Counted from the whole stretch's first letter, positions 47,244 through 59,164 are shown. The stretch: DNA of 63,757 nt, filler included, from Salisapilia sapeloensis CBS 127946 (GCA_023334545.1; 13 parts of 13 records of this genome joined end to end with filler, not necessarily neighbours in it); one strand, 5' to 3'. The notes: generated by a model not told the origin, from the sequence alone. Program-made: numbers and translations.

Positions 47244-48363
47244 CTCTCTCAAGATGAAAGCTGATGAACGATAGAGGATGGAGGAATGGAGGAATGGAAG
47301 GACTGCCATGCTGTAGTACTTGTACGACCGGAGGTATCCATCAACCTCCTCGATCCGACTTCATCGAGATTCATTTCTTGCGGCCAAAGTACCATCAGAA
47401 GTTTGAATAGTAGTGCTAGAGCTAGATACACGGGCAGAATCATTTTCCGAATCATTAGACGACGATGATACTTCCGAGAGTTTATTGTACTGCTTTGATG
47501 TCCTTTTTGACATCATTAGGTTTTGTTGTCGTTTTGCAATTTCGATTGACAAATCGGACGATGATGCATTTTTCTTTAACACGTATGAGTTTCCCGTTCT
47601 ATCACGTGTTTCCACTTTGTTTTCCATTTCTGTTTCACTATCACCCAGCGGCGAAGCAATTCTGGAAGGTTTCATAGGTACTGCTTTGCATTCACTTTGC
47701 CCAAAATCCTCCGATACGCTATCAGATAAAATTTCATCATCTATTGGCATGAGTAGAGTGCCAGTTAGATACATTAAAGCAAATAGAAACAGCAATTTAA
47801 GTGTCATATAACAAGATAGGATTACCAAGCATGCTTTGTCGCTTAATCTTCATTGATGCGGATAGATTTTGAGCTCGCTTGCCACGTCTGCTGCCAACAA
47901 GATTTGCATATACCTTGACAGCTAGTGACCATAGTGAACTGGTGTTATTAAGTCATTTTCCTTTACATTCACTTACCTTTACAACTTGTAGTAAAACTTG
48001 GCGTTTTTCCTCGTGCAGCACTTCCAGTAGGTTTTGCCGACTCGAGATGCCTTTGAAGCCTAAGAGTAGCTAAGTCATTCAAACAAAAGGTTAGTTTATA
48101 AAGGTGGTGGGAGACGTTTATTCAAGTACTGCATTACATTCACGCTGTTGTTCCGTTGGTTGAGCTTTCGCGAGCTTTCCAGCTTGCTGTCGTCTAGCAA
48201 ACCGCTCTTTGTTTCGGCTTTGCGCTTGTTTGATTATATCGTGGGCAGACACACCAAGAAGAATTGGCGCAAAGGTGTCAATGGCATTATCGTCACCAAC
48301 GTTACCAGACGCTGGAGAGTCCGGTGGTGTCATGGTTCTTGGCGTGGAGGACTCGTCACTCAT
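47244..48363 (-). CDS. Multi-exon hypothetical protein, 3'-truncated by the contig edge
   Basis: Minus-strand coding-like blocks (48118-48363, ~47960-48060, ~47830-47915, 47361-47750) with GT-AG boundaries; no family recognised. Confidence 0.45.
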
Positions 48364-48582
48364 TTAGACCTGTTGAGCTACGTAGGGGTCAGAAATGGAA
48401 GGTCAACGGTGACGACTGACTTGAACTTGTGAGTTGGTTCCCACTTGTCTTCACTATAAGTATTTGAACATGAATATGGAAACTTGGTATATTTCCTTTA
48501 GTTCAAACACTTAAAGTATGCTCTAGTAGATGGAAATCTGATTTATTTACTCCTGCTCTGTGTATAAGACCCACTGTCTCTA

Positions 48583-48966
48583 TCTACCCGGAGGACCCAT
48601 CATCATGCCAACGCATCATTACCTCCTCCGTGATTTACTCGTCCGTGGCGATAACTCCTACCTTTTAAAATCTAGACTCTATAGCTTGCACTCGAAACTT
48701 ACACATGCTTCAGTGAAGATGTACTCAGAGATTTGTGTAAAAAGATAGTTTTGAAAATTTAATCATGTCGCGTTAACGCATTCGGCTATAAAATTTACTC
48801 TGCCTTAGCAAGCGTTCATTAAAATGTCGCAAATGGAATAGTGTTTAACGAATAAAACTAGCTCTTCATAACTTTAACTGTCTTACATTGTCATTTTATT
48901 ATCCTTACTGCATAGCTCAGCATCCGAGCATGGCAAGCCGCTCGCGGAGCGAGCGACAACAGCTAG
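48583..48966 (+). mobile_element. Candidate non-autonomous Helitron (3' end clear, 5' end tentative)
   Basis: Hairpin CGCTCGC-GGA-GCGAGCG (48939-48955), 7 nt, then CTAG|T at 48963-48967. A possible A|TC 5' start lies at 48583. Confidence 0.5.
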
Positions 48967-50779
48967 TACGGTATACAGAAAGCAGCAGACAATAGTATCA
49001 TGTTAATTGCTCTTCTAAAAAATCTATATTCAAAAAGAGCAAACCCAACTTCACACGAGCTTTTCCATTCAAGCATCACGTTTCTCTTCTTCCCTCCATC
49101 CTACAGTGGTTACCTCATCCTGGCGAAGTCGCAGTTCAGTCATCTTCAGCCACGCCAGCTGACGACCACGCTCTTGGTCGTTCAGAGAAAGTTCGGAAAT
49201 ACTGCCTCTCCACACTTTTTCAATCATCGTATCTAACTCATCTTCACCGCTTTGTCTACCTTGAGTAAGANNNNNNNNNNNNNNNNNNNNNNNNNNNNNN
49301 NNNNNNNNNNNNNNTTAATTAATTAANNNNNNNNNNNNNNNNNNNNNNNNNNNNNNNNNNNNNNNNNNNNGATAATAAATCAAACAGCAACCAATTGAAG
49401 TTTCCAATCCGATCTCTCTTTGTTCGCTTCTCTCGAATGCAGTCTACTGAATGTGTGTGGTTTGTGAGTTGGGGGGCCTGTTGATCATAAGCATGCAGCT
49501 CAGTGAATGTTTTCAGCACTTGCGATAGTAATGTCGGATCGCTTTAACCGGTGTATTTATTAAAATTAGTTTTTTTGTGATTTATAGGACAGTTTTTGCC
49601 AGAAGATAGCTTACGAAGTTTGGGCATGCATGAAGAACTGAAGGAATTGACCAGGATAGTTTGACAAACGGGGAGAAAGAATATTTAGCGCTAAATGTAA
49701 TGACTTCTTCATACAGAAAATTTTAAAACGAGCATTAGCTTTCCTGACACACTTTGGGGAATTTACTGGAAAATCATGAAGTCTAAATTGTTATTGTACT
49801 TTTAGTTACGACTATTAGACAAGTGTATAAACTGTATGAGCATGGAAATAACTGGTTATATAGTCTTTGATCAGGGCAGAAAGAAAGGCTAGGAAAGAAC
49901 CATAGTTTTCGACTGTTTAAAACATTTACGCTCATTGTTGCCCTGTTTTCTTATGAATGACTTCAGATTTACGCTATTATTTACTTCGCTGTGTCTACAT
50001 CTCCTATCTCGGTGGGTCTGGCAAGACTGTCAAGATTTCAACGTGTCATCCAGAAAACTTCAATATATATCTTGTAGTGAAGTTGAGCCGTATGATGCCG
50101 CGATGATCTACTTGCTCAAAATTCTATCGAACAAGTTTTAGCAACGATATTCAAGTAAGACAAATCTGGATTTAGTTCCTGCATCAAACGACTTAATGAT
50201 TTATATAATCTCGAGTTGTGTTGATTTAGCACAATCGATACTAATGAAGCATCTAATTTGAACTTTAAGCGAGTATGTATTAGCTGCCAACAGCATCGAG
50301 GCTATCTTCAAACTGTCTAAAATGCTAAGGCGGCCTTCCAGCTAGAACTGCCTAACAGATTCCATATTTACTTGTAATCAATTTTAAAGAATAGTGTTTG
50401 CGCTTGGTTGTATGTACTGACATTTTCCAGCTTCGTCCATCCATCTTGCTTATTCCGTCTACTTCCTACCATGATTCAAAAATTTCCAGCATTTGATAGT
50501 TTCACACTTTCGTTGATGACGAATGTGCGCGTAGTCGTGCAAGTTGTCACTGGTAAGTTGTTGGAGCAGTTATGCTAAGTAGATGTCGGCCCTTATACTA
50601 CGTGGTACATTTCCGGGAAGTCATCGCAACTGGAACGGTGATGCATCCTACACTTATAGAGGTGTCCTAAGGAATATTANNNNNNNNNNNNNNNNNNNNN
50701 NNNNNNNNNNNNNNNNNNNNNNNTTAATTAATTAANNNNNNNNNNNNNNNNNNNNNNNNNNNNNNNNNNNNNNNNNNNN

Positions 50780-50920
50780 CACTCGGACCTGGACTGGGAT
50801 ACCACTGATAAAACCCATGAGCTTTCCAGTCTTTTGGTTTCGGACGCCGACGTGCCAGTTCTTGATATATCCTGGAGGAGTCAGGGCCCACTTTAGGAAC
50901 TCAATCGAGTAGTCGAAACG
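50780..50920. repeat. 141-bp perfect inverted repeat, paired with 51737-51877
   Basis: The two contig ends are exact reverse complements for 141 nt; the first mismatch is at 50921/51736. Confidence 0.97.
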
Positions 50921-51259
50921 AAACATGTTGTCATCATCCTCCACGTAGTTCTTGTTGAGCAGATCGTAGACTTCCTGGGCTTGAGATGGCTCTGCGAAGT
51001 CAATGTCGACCCATTCGAATCCAGCGGGCATCGCATACGGTTCCTGTCGTACTTGATCCACCGTCTTGGGCTCATCAATCGGACCTTTGACGTCAGGCTT
51101 TTCATCAAAGCCAGGCACAGGTTGTGTTTTCCAGAACTTAAAGTCGCGTTCTATGGACTGGCCGGATCCCCCAGGGTTGTCGGCTAGTCTTAGCTGTTTG
51201 AGCAACCGAAGGAACTCCTCCTGCTCCTCCACCGTGTTCACTTCGTCCTTATCTGCCAT
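50780..51259 (-). CDS. NMT: Glycylpeptide N-myristoyltransferase, copy A, 3'-truncated
   Basis: FKFWKTQPVP, GPID, LLNKNYVEDDDNMFRFDYSIEFLKWALTPPG and WHVGVR motifs. Confidence 0.95.
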
Positions 51260-51388
51260 GAATACCGTTGGATTTCCAATAGCTACGAGATATGTGTGTC
51301 TTGGGATCTATATCCAATCAAATCCATGGAATTGAATTTCAGCCAATCACCACAGCTGACCGTCGAGCGATACGTCACATACGCGAAA

Positions 51389-51877
51389 ATGAGCACCGGA
51401 CCCGACGATAAGGAGATCGTGTCTGTGGAAGAGCAGGAAGAGTTCCTGCGTATCTTAAAGCAACTGAACGTTCCAACAGGAGCTCCACAGCCGCCTTCTA
51501 TGGCTGATGCGGATCATAAATTTTGGGAGACGCAGCCTGTGCCGAGTCTCCAGGACAGTTCTGATGACAAGGGTCCTATTGACGAGCCTAAGACGGTCGA
51601 TCAAGTACGACAAGAGCCGTATGCGATGCCCGCTGGATTTGAGTGGGTCGAAATGGATTTCACCAACCCGGAGCATGCACAAGAGGTCTATGACTTACTA
51701 ACACGTAACTACGTCGAAGATGACGATGCCACCCTCCGTTTCGACTACTCGATTGAGTTCCTAAAGTGGGCCCTGACTCCTCCAGGATATATCAAGAACT
51801 GGCACGTCGGCGTCCGAAACCAAAAGACTGGAAAGCTCATGGGTTTTATCAGTGGTATCCCAGTCCAGGTCCGAGTG
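51389..51877 (+). CDS. NMT: Glycylpeptide N-myristoyltransferase, copy B, 3'-truncated
   Basis: HKFWETQPVP, GPID and LLTRNYVEDDDATLRFDYSIEFLKWALTPPG motifs. The likely start is the ATG at 51389. Confidence 0.95.
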
Positions 51878-51977
51878 NNNNNNNNNNNNNNNNNNNNNNN
51901 NNNNNNNNNNNNNNNNNNNNNTTAATTAATTAANNNNNNNNNNNNNNNNNNNNNNNNNNNNNNNNNNNNNNNNNNNN

Positions 51978-52034
51978 AACCTTGGCACGTTCCGCCATGG
52001 ATGGTTGGGTCGAGTTGTCGTTGGTGTTGCTCAT
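51978..52034 (-). CDS. 5' end of an unidentified hydrophilic protein, truncated by the contig edge
   Basis: ATG at 52034 reads MSNTNDNSTQPSMAERAKV into the gap; codon usage is gene-like. Confidence 0.35.
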
Positions 52035-53205
52035 CTTCAGGTAAGTTGGTTTGGGTTTCTTGTGGTGCTCGTAGCAAATTCGAAAATGATCCTTCGGCTT
52101 TCCGACGCGGTCGAAAACATTCCGAAAGTGAAGAAACGTTGAAGAAGAGGTTTCTTTTATATCTTTTCGGTCACCTTCCTTTTCAATAAACTTCGACATG
52201 TCCTAACGAATATGAAACGTGAAATTTTGGAAGTCACTTCGCAGCTTTAAAAATCTATTTTTCACTATAGAGACACCCATTAAGCGTTCTCGCGCATTAA
52301 AACCGTGGTATAGAACACGACGAAAATGAATTTTTGGCGTGTTTTTCGAGTTAAGAAAGTAGCAAAATTTAAATTGTTGGAAATGTTGTCCAGGTCAATT
52401 CTACTGCAAGATCGCCATATCTTCACATGACAATTTCGCAAAGAGCTATCGAGGTATCTACACTTGTAGGATGCCGAGTATACACATCTAAGAAGATCTC
52501 TACTTCAGTTTTGAAACGTGTAAAGGTATTGAACACCGTGTTGGGTGGTAGAGTCCATGCGCAATAAAGTAGGATCGAAAAGTTTACACGCACCCAGTGC
52601 CTTACGCATCTCTGGTCCGAATGCGACACTCTTTTCACGTAAACCTGCCCTGGATACGCTATCGCGTCAAGTTTCCTCCTTGCACTGCAACAAGCAGCTT
52701 CCATCAAGGATAGACGTGACTCTTGAAACTTCAACTGACGATCCGACCTATCATTTCGGTGTGCACAATTGCTTCAAGTATCTTTGAACTTGAGTCATCA
52801 TAAATCAAGAACATGTACAAAGTCTAATTTAAAACCGCTTCTCTACTTCGTCTTGCATTTCATCACATGTATGCTAAATCCTACTCTCTGCTGCCATCGA
52901 GCATGCAAGAAATCTCTTTGCTTCAAGTTTTATCATCTTCCTCGTAAGCATATCTTCCCATACATTACTTCATACTGCATACTGTCAATACTCTCTTATC
53001 TGCATACATCGTTTATATGATTGATACATGCTCGATTGTGAATGCTGCGTTCGAGATGTCCACGTCCTATCGCTAGCTGATCCTTATATAAACTAAGCAC
53101 TTAAGACCAAGTGCTCTACTCAAATAAAAGACAAGGTCTAACAGGTCGAACGCATACTATTCGACGTTACGACGGATCTATCTATCCATCCTTTTCCTCC
53201 ACATC

Positions 53206-54429
53206 TTACCTCACGGCATCGTATCGCTCCGGACGTTTCTTTGAGAACACCGTCTGAGTCAATTGGATCGTACGTGCACGGAACCCAGCAGCACAGTACT
53301 GAAGGTAGAACTCCCACATACGGTGGAACACTTCACCACGATCGATCACGCCACTCTTGACGTGAGCACGGTAGCGTTCCAACCAGCACATGAGCGTCTT
53401 GTCATAGTCCGGACCCAAGTTATGGACATCCTCCACGACCATCTTGCGCTCCGCAAACAATAGAATTTGCGCGACGGACGGCAGGAAGCCGTTCGGGAAG
53501 ATGTACTTGAGGATCCAGAGCTGCACCGGCACCTTGAGCGATCGGTTAGCAGCAATCGAGTGGACGAGCGACAATCCACCAGGCTTGAGGCAGCGCTCAA
53601 TTACGCGGTAGTACTCATCCATGTTCTGGTATCCGACGGCCTCAAGCATAGCGATGGACACGACACGGTCGAATTGTCCTTGCATCTCCCGATAGTCACA
53701 GTACTCAAAGCTCGTGAGGTCCGAGACGTTCTCACGCTCGGCCCAGTCACGAGCACCCTTGAGCTGCTCATTCGAGATCGTGATACCAGTGACGTGGACG
53801 CCGTAGTGCTTGGCGAGGAAGCATCCGAGACCTCCCCATCCACATCCGATCTCAAGCACAGTCATTCCCTTTTCGAGTTTCAACTTTCGAGCAATCAAAT
53901 GCATCTTTTGCTCTTGTGCAGCATCCAACTGGTTGCTCTCCAAGTCCTTAAAGTAGGCACAAGAGTACTGCATGAACGGGTCCAGCCAGAGCTTGAAAAA
54001 GTCATTGCCCAAGTCGTAGTGGTGGGCACCGACGATACCAGCTCGAGAGGGAGACTGGTAGTTGAAGACCTGCGCGGCGAGGCCGACCGCACGGGCGTTC
54101 CAGGCCTTAAACAGACGGCGCTTGGCGTCCGCAGGGAGCGACAGGAGACGCGTCAGCAGCTCATCAAGCGGGATGATGGCGTCCCACTTGCCAGCCATGT
54201 ACGACTCGCCGATGCCAAGCATACCGTTGTGCACCCAGTCGAGGTAGATGGCATCGTCGTGGATGGCAATGTCACGGCCGACGATGATGTCCGCGTCACG
54301 TAGCATGGTCTTGATGAACGTAGCTGCGCGAGCCTGGACGACCGGTCGAATGAGTCGACGGAAGGCTAGAGCACCGAGGGTAACACCTGCAGCAGTGCCA
54401 GCATACACGAGAGCTTTGTTGTCTTTCAT
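53206..54429 (-). CDS. cfa: Cyclopropane-fatty-acyl-phospholipid synthase (E. coli Cfa-type), intronless
   Basis: LGIGESYM, HYDLGNDFF..WLDP.MQYSCAYF, LEIGCGWGG, G.TIS.EQ, DYR, EDVHNLGPDYDKTL and RMWEFYLQYCAAGFRAR motifs. Confidence 0.93.
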   Translation of the reverse strand: MKDNKALVYAGTAAGVTLGALAFRRLIRPVVQARAATFIKTMLRDADIIVGRDIAIHDDAIYLDWVHNGMLGIGESYMAGKWDAIIPLDELLTRLLSLPADAKRRLFKAWNARAVGLAAQVFNYQSPSRAGIVGAHHYDLGNDFFKLWLDPFMQYSCAYFKDLESNQLDAAQEQKMHLIARKLKLEKGMTVLEIGCGWGGLGCFLAKHYGVHVTGITISNEQLKGARDWAERENVSDLTSFEYCDYREMQGQFDRVVSIAMLEAVGYQNMDEYYRVIERCLKPGGLSLVHSIAANRSLKVPVQLWILKYIFPNGFLPSVAQILLFAERKMVVEDVHNLGPDYDKTLMCWLERYRAHVKSGVIDRGEVFHRMWEFYLQYCAAGFRARTIQLTQTVFSKKRPERYDAVR

Positions 54430-54727
54430 GGTAAGGAAATCGGGAGGGGGAGAGTACCACGTACTAAAAGCAGATCAGGAATGAGCAGATCATGTCATGC
54501 ATCAGTGGCACGTGGCTACAAAAGAATTAGAGCGTCACGTAAACGCTTTTACTGCTTAAAATTCTGTATTTACTGCCTTATACACTATAATAGGCTGTAT
54601 TTAATGCTGAATTTAATGCTGAATTAAACTATACAGCATATTTATCTATTAAAAACGCATGATAATAATGTAAAAAGCTCCTCGGACGTAAAGCGGAGCA
54701 CAAGGGAATTGGATTGTGTACGCGGAT

Positions 54728-55284
54728 ATGGGCTCATCGGAATCGCGCGTAGAGTCATCGGACGATGCATTTAACTTGCACGACCAGGAAGAAATGAAGG
54801 GGGAGCCGTCCGCGACCATCAGTATCACGCCGGAGCTCACACAGCAGCTCAACGGCTCGGCACCAGCCGCAGAAGCCTCCGCCTCTCATCTGACGAACGA
54901 GTACTTATTCTTTCGATTCTCCGTCTTCTACACGTCTAACCAAACTCTAGGCAAATGAAAGAGCAGATGCAAGCAGCCTACCGTAAAGGTGTACAGGACG
55001 CAAAGGCCCACTACGCAAACGCCAATAAGCACGGTGGGAACGCCAGTAGTGCCGAGCAAGCCAAGCGATCGGAACAAGCCGAAAGCGCTCGCGTCGAAGA
55101 GCTCGTCCAAGAGCTCAACTCTAAGCACTACCGAGCCCCTCTCCGAGACGTCCAATGCTCGTCGGAACGAGACGCTTGTCTCGAGTGCTACCGTAGTGAA
55201 GGTAACGTCCTTAAATGCAAGGAGGTCGCCGACGCTTTCACGCAATGCGCACGTCGTTCGACCGAGAAATTCGTCCAGGCATAA
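54728..55284 (+). CDS. MIC19: MICOS subunit MIC19/CHCHD3-like protein (1 intron, ~54901-54950)
   Basis: N-terminal MGSSES (myristoylation consensus MGxxxS), a coiled coil, and C-terminal Cys pairs (CSSERDACLECY...LKCKEVADAFTQC). Confidence 0.7.
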
Positions 55285-55353
55285 GTTCTGCAATAAGAAA
55301 GAATAAAGATGCGACTCATGTACTAAATTCTTTTCTTTTCTCCATCTACAAGT

Positions 55354-57636
55354 CTACTTGGTCACTCCGAGCGCATTGCCGTTGAATCCAGGTCGAACGT
55401 AATCCTTCCCGGCATGAATCTCAGCACCAAGTGCATCGAATGAATCCACTTGAATGATGATCTCTCGAGCAGCTTCCACCTCGTCAATCAGCTTCTGCTC
55501 GTCACTCGTCGGCTGGTACTTTTCCTTCCGCACACGCGTGAGGATCTCATCAGCCTTGACAGCCTTCGGAAGGGTATCGTTGATCAACGCCACGCGGTCG
55601 TCCAGACTCTTCGAGATGAAGAACGATTCCGCCAACATGTTACGGACGCCAGAGTCAGTCGAAATGAGTTTCGCGACCTCCTTCTTCTGCTTATCCGTCG
55701 GTGGCTTGTACGTAAGTCCGAATGGGAAGCACATACGACGCATGATCGGTCCGACACCAGGGACAGGGAAATTGCCACTCACACCAACAATCGCCTCTTG
55801 AATGTCATAGCAGAGCTTCGTCATGGCATAGTCAAACACCTTGTCGATACCTTCCACATCCTGGTGGTTCTGGTAGTACCACATTGTCGCGTAGCCGAGG
55901 TACAGACTCGAAAAGACATCGGCAAAGCGACCAGAGACCATCTCGGCTAGCTTCAGCTTACCACCCATCGTCAGTGACAAATCGGCACACATAGCGAAGT
56001 TGCGCGATAGCTTCTCCATCTGACTCTCATAGTGTCCAAGCAAGTCGCTCTTGCTACGAGAGCGACGGAATGCCATCGACAGACTACCTGTCGTATTGGT
56101 AAATCCGTGTCGGACAAAGTTCTTGAGCTCACGCATGAAGCCATCGACGTCATCTCCTTTCTGGATCGTCTTCAAGAGATCGTACATGTGCGGATGGGCG
56201 CGGATAAGTCCTTGGCCGTAGATGATCAACGACCGAGTCAAAGTGTTCGCGCCCTCGACTGTGATCAGCACAGGTGTCACAACGTGCATTGCCGCCATAA
56301 AGTTGTTCGGACCACGACAAATACCTGCGCCACCGAGCACATCCATGCCATTCTCCACAACCTCTCGACCACGCTCCGTGCCTTGGTACTTGGCCACACC
56401 GCTAAGCACAGCAGGCTGTTCATGCTGGTTAATCATGGCGTTTACCAAGTGCTGACCGCTCTGCATGATGAACGTCTGCGAGGCAATCGTAGCTAGATGC
56501 TCCTGCACACCTTCTAGCTCCGCGACGGGAACCTTGAACTGCTTGCGGATACGAGCGTAAGCGCCAACGACTGTAGAGCTCATCTTCGCACCAGCAAGCG
56601 CAGAGGAAGGGAGACTGATGGCACGACCTTCGCTCAGACAGTCCATGAGCATGTTCCAGCCAAAGCCGACGCGTTCCTGACCTCCGATGACCTTGTCCAT
56701 GGGGATGAACACGTCTTCTCCTTCCACAGGACCGTTCATGAATGGAATGGAGATGGTATCGTGACGCTTACCCATCCTCAATCCCTTGTGGTTACGCTCC
56801 ACCAGCACGACGGTGATGCCTTCGCTGCCCTTGGAACCAAGTAGACGGTCTGGATCGGAGATGTCTAGTGCCAATCCGACGCACGTGGCGACAGGAGCCA
56901 AGGTAATGTATCGCTTGCTGAACGACGCACGAATACCAAGGACACCGTCCTGCTCACACACGACGCCCTTGTCACGCATTGATGCAGCATCCGATCCAGA
57001 TGCCGGGCCGGTAAGACCAAAGCATGGGAGCTGCTTGCCCGTCGCCAAGTCTCTCAAAAAGTAGTCCTTCTGCTCCTGCGTGCCGTACCTCAGCAGCAAT
57101 TCTGCCGGGCCGAGAGAGTTCGGGACGCACACTGTGACTGAAGCAGCAGGAGATCGCGACGCGAGCTTTGTGATGACTTGCGAGTGTCCGTGAGCAGAGA
57201 GCATGCGTCCACCATACTCCTTCGGGATGATCATACCAAGAAATCCCTTCTCCTTGATAAAATCCCACGCTTCTTTTGGTAGATCTTGGTCATTCATGAT
57301 GCTGTAGTCATCCAGCATCTCACATAGTTGCTGCACTTCATTGTCGAGGAAAGCTTGATCTTCCGGCGTGTTCACGGCCGAGTATTTTTCCTTGAGTGCT
57401 TGTAGACTAGGCGCACCACTAAATAAGTCTCGATCGAATCCAACGGTACCGCTTTCAAGTGCCGCACGCTCCGTGTTGCTCATTTTCGGCACCGCTTTCT
57501 TCGCGAGCTTGTAGAGCTGTTTCGACATGAACGTCCGTCGCTGCGTATCAGGATTAAAAGCCGACAGGACTGGAGCGACGTGACGCGCGTTGATCGTGCG
57601 CTTCGAAGCCGTCTTTAAGAGCGCAGGAGAAAGCAT
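55354..57636 (-). CDS. FadE-type long acyl-CoA dehydrogenase with a mitochondrial presequence
   Basis: CFGLTGPASGSDA, KRYITLAPVAT, YARIRKQF, LITVEGANTLTR and GQGLIRAHP motifs plus a FadE-like C-terminal extension. The likely start is the ATG at 57636. Confidence 0.9.
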   Translation of the reverse strand: MLSPALLKTASKRTINARHVAPVLSAFNPDTQRRTFMSKQLYKLAKKAVPKMSNTERAALESGTVGFDRDLFSGAPSLQALKEKYSAVNTPEDQAFLDNEVQQLCEMLDDYSIMNDQDLPKEAWDFIKEKGFLGMIIPKEYGGRMLSAHGHSQVITKLASRSPAASVTVCVPNSLGPAELLLRYGTQEQKDYFLRDLATGKQLPCFGLTGPASGSDAASMRDKGVVCEQDGVLGIRASFSKRYITLAPVATCVGLALDISDPDRLLGSKGSEGITVVLVERNHKGLRMGKRHDTISIPFMNGPVEGEDVFIPMDKVIGGQERVGFGWNMLMDCLSEGRAISLPSSALAGAKMSSTVVGAYARIRKQFKVPVAELEGVQEHLATIASQTFIMQSGQHLVNAMINQHEQPAVLSGVAKYQGTERGREVVENGMDVLGGAGICRGPNNFMAAMHVVTPVLITVEGANTLTRSLIIYGQGLIRAHPHMYDLLKTIQKGDDVDGFMRELKNFVRHGFTNTTGSLSMAFRRSRSKSDLLGHYESQMEKLSRNFAMCADLSLTMGGKLKLAEMVSGRFADVFSSLYLGYATMWYYQNHQDVEGIDKVFDYAMTKLCYDIQEAIVGVSGNFPVPGVGPIMRRMCFPFGLTYKPPTDKQKKEVAKLISTDSGVRNMLAESFFISKSLDDRVALINDTLPKAVKADEILTRVRKEKYQPTSDEQKLIDEVEAAREIIIQVDSFDALGAEIHAGKDYVRPGFNGNALGVTK

Positions 57637-59164
57637 TTTCGATGCGGGCGGAAGCGAGCTAAAAGGGAAATGAGCAACTTCCAACAGGCGCGAGGTACGT
57701 GGGTATAGTAGACGCAAGAGAGGAACAAGTGACTGAAAGATTGTATGGGTTCACGTCGAAAAGGACGAGAATAGATGTCGTTTAGTGAGGGATAAAGAAA
57801 TTGATCGAAAAGTATTTTTAGCTTTTCTTATCTTTTGGAATGACTGTAAATGAGAATGGAAGGAGATGATTGTAGGTTTCTATTTGTGCTCTTGTTTAGT
57901 TGATGTGGGTGGTTGCATGAGTCGTTGTGAGAATGGAGAGAGTGGATCGAAGGCATGTGGAGGTGACTGCTACGTAACTTCAAGAACGACGGGCAGGTGG
58001 TACTGAAGATCGACGTGTCGCTCGAAGTGAGATGAACAGCTCATGTGTCGTTTGAACGTTAGAAATGTATATAGCGAGAGGAGGTGATGAAGATCATGGT
58101 TGATTTTGGATGAGGATGAGTCGCTTCTGGATGTCTCGTTAAAGCTTCTGGGTAGGATGGAATTTGGCAAAAGATAGAGTAGAAAGAACCTTTCTAATGC
58201 AGCGAAAAAGAGTGTGGAAGAGAGAAAATCATCATGTACTCGTAGTATCTCGAATATAAAGCAGAACATCTTGCAGCTTTTATAGAGATAAAGCTGAGAT
58301 GTACCATCTAGCAGTCATATGTAGTGTTGGGTGCTTATTTCATAGAGTATTCTCCTCAGCTTTAGCCTTTAGAAGCCACACTGTTGTTCATAAACGACCA
58401 CAAGGAGTGGTCCATCAGAGCGGAAAGCTTCATGAAAGCTGATTTATTGCGGTACCTATTTGGCAATCTAGGTTGCTCTAGCTTCCAGCCACAAGTACAC
58501 AGATTTCGCAGCCATGTCGACCATTATACATGCGCTTTTATCTTAGGTACAAGGTCAGAAAGGCTATATGGGTTAAGCCAACGATACGTTCTGCGGTGAA
58601 ATATGCAAACTGTATTAATCTGCAAAGACATCGCTAGGAAACTTGTATGAGCAATCCCACGCACCTTTATCTTTTCATCCACGATTTTGACAATTCTATT
58701 GAGGCTGCTGACCTATAAACAATGCGTGCAAGCAATCGGATAGGCTAGATTTTAGATTACCATCTTGAAACCTTTCCTTATGAACAGTTTCATGCGTAGA
58801 AGACTTTAGCGTTGAAAGTATTGTGATAGGGCAATCAACATTCGCATATATGAGTTTGAGTGAGACGAGTAAGCTAGACTTCATCACTAGATTGCTTCCA
58901 ACACTACAGAACGAATGCTCGCTACATTAACGAAGGACTAAACCTTATAGGTCATGACTAATAAGTTCTTGATGCCCAATGAAGACTCGTTAACATACAG
59001 CATACCATGATACAGTTGCTACATCTAGTGTTCCAGCTCCCCACAGAACAGTACTCGCTTGCTGCATCAACTTGAAGTACGTGACAAAGCAATCGAAGAC
59101 CATCATTCATATAACCATCTTCTGAAAAACATTTTACATATCCTCCTTCCGTGTCTCTTAGATC

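Noticed and set aside
49371-50679. AT-rich contig with no clear gene
   Set aside because: It has only short ORFs with no recognisable motif, repeat or RNA structure. It may be an old TE relic, but cannot be called.
50780-51877. Fold-back chimera as the explanation for the NMT palindrome
   Set aside because: A chimera would be identical up to the fold point. The inner halves are two distinct open genes with many synonymous differences.
53206-57636. Bacterial contaminant contig
   Set aside because: cfa and the FadE-type gene flank an intron-containing MIC19 gene, and the FadE-type protein has a mitochondrial presequence, so the contig is eukaryotic.
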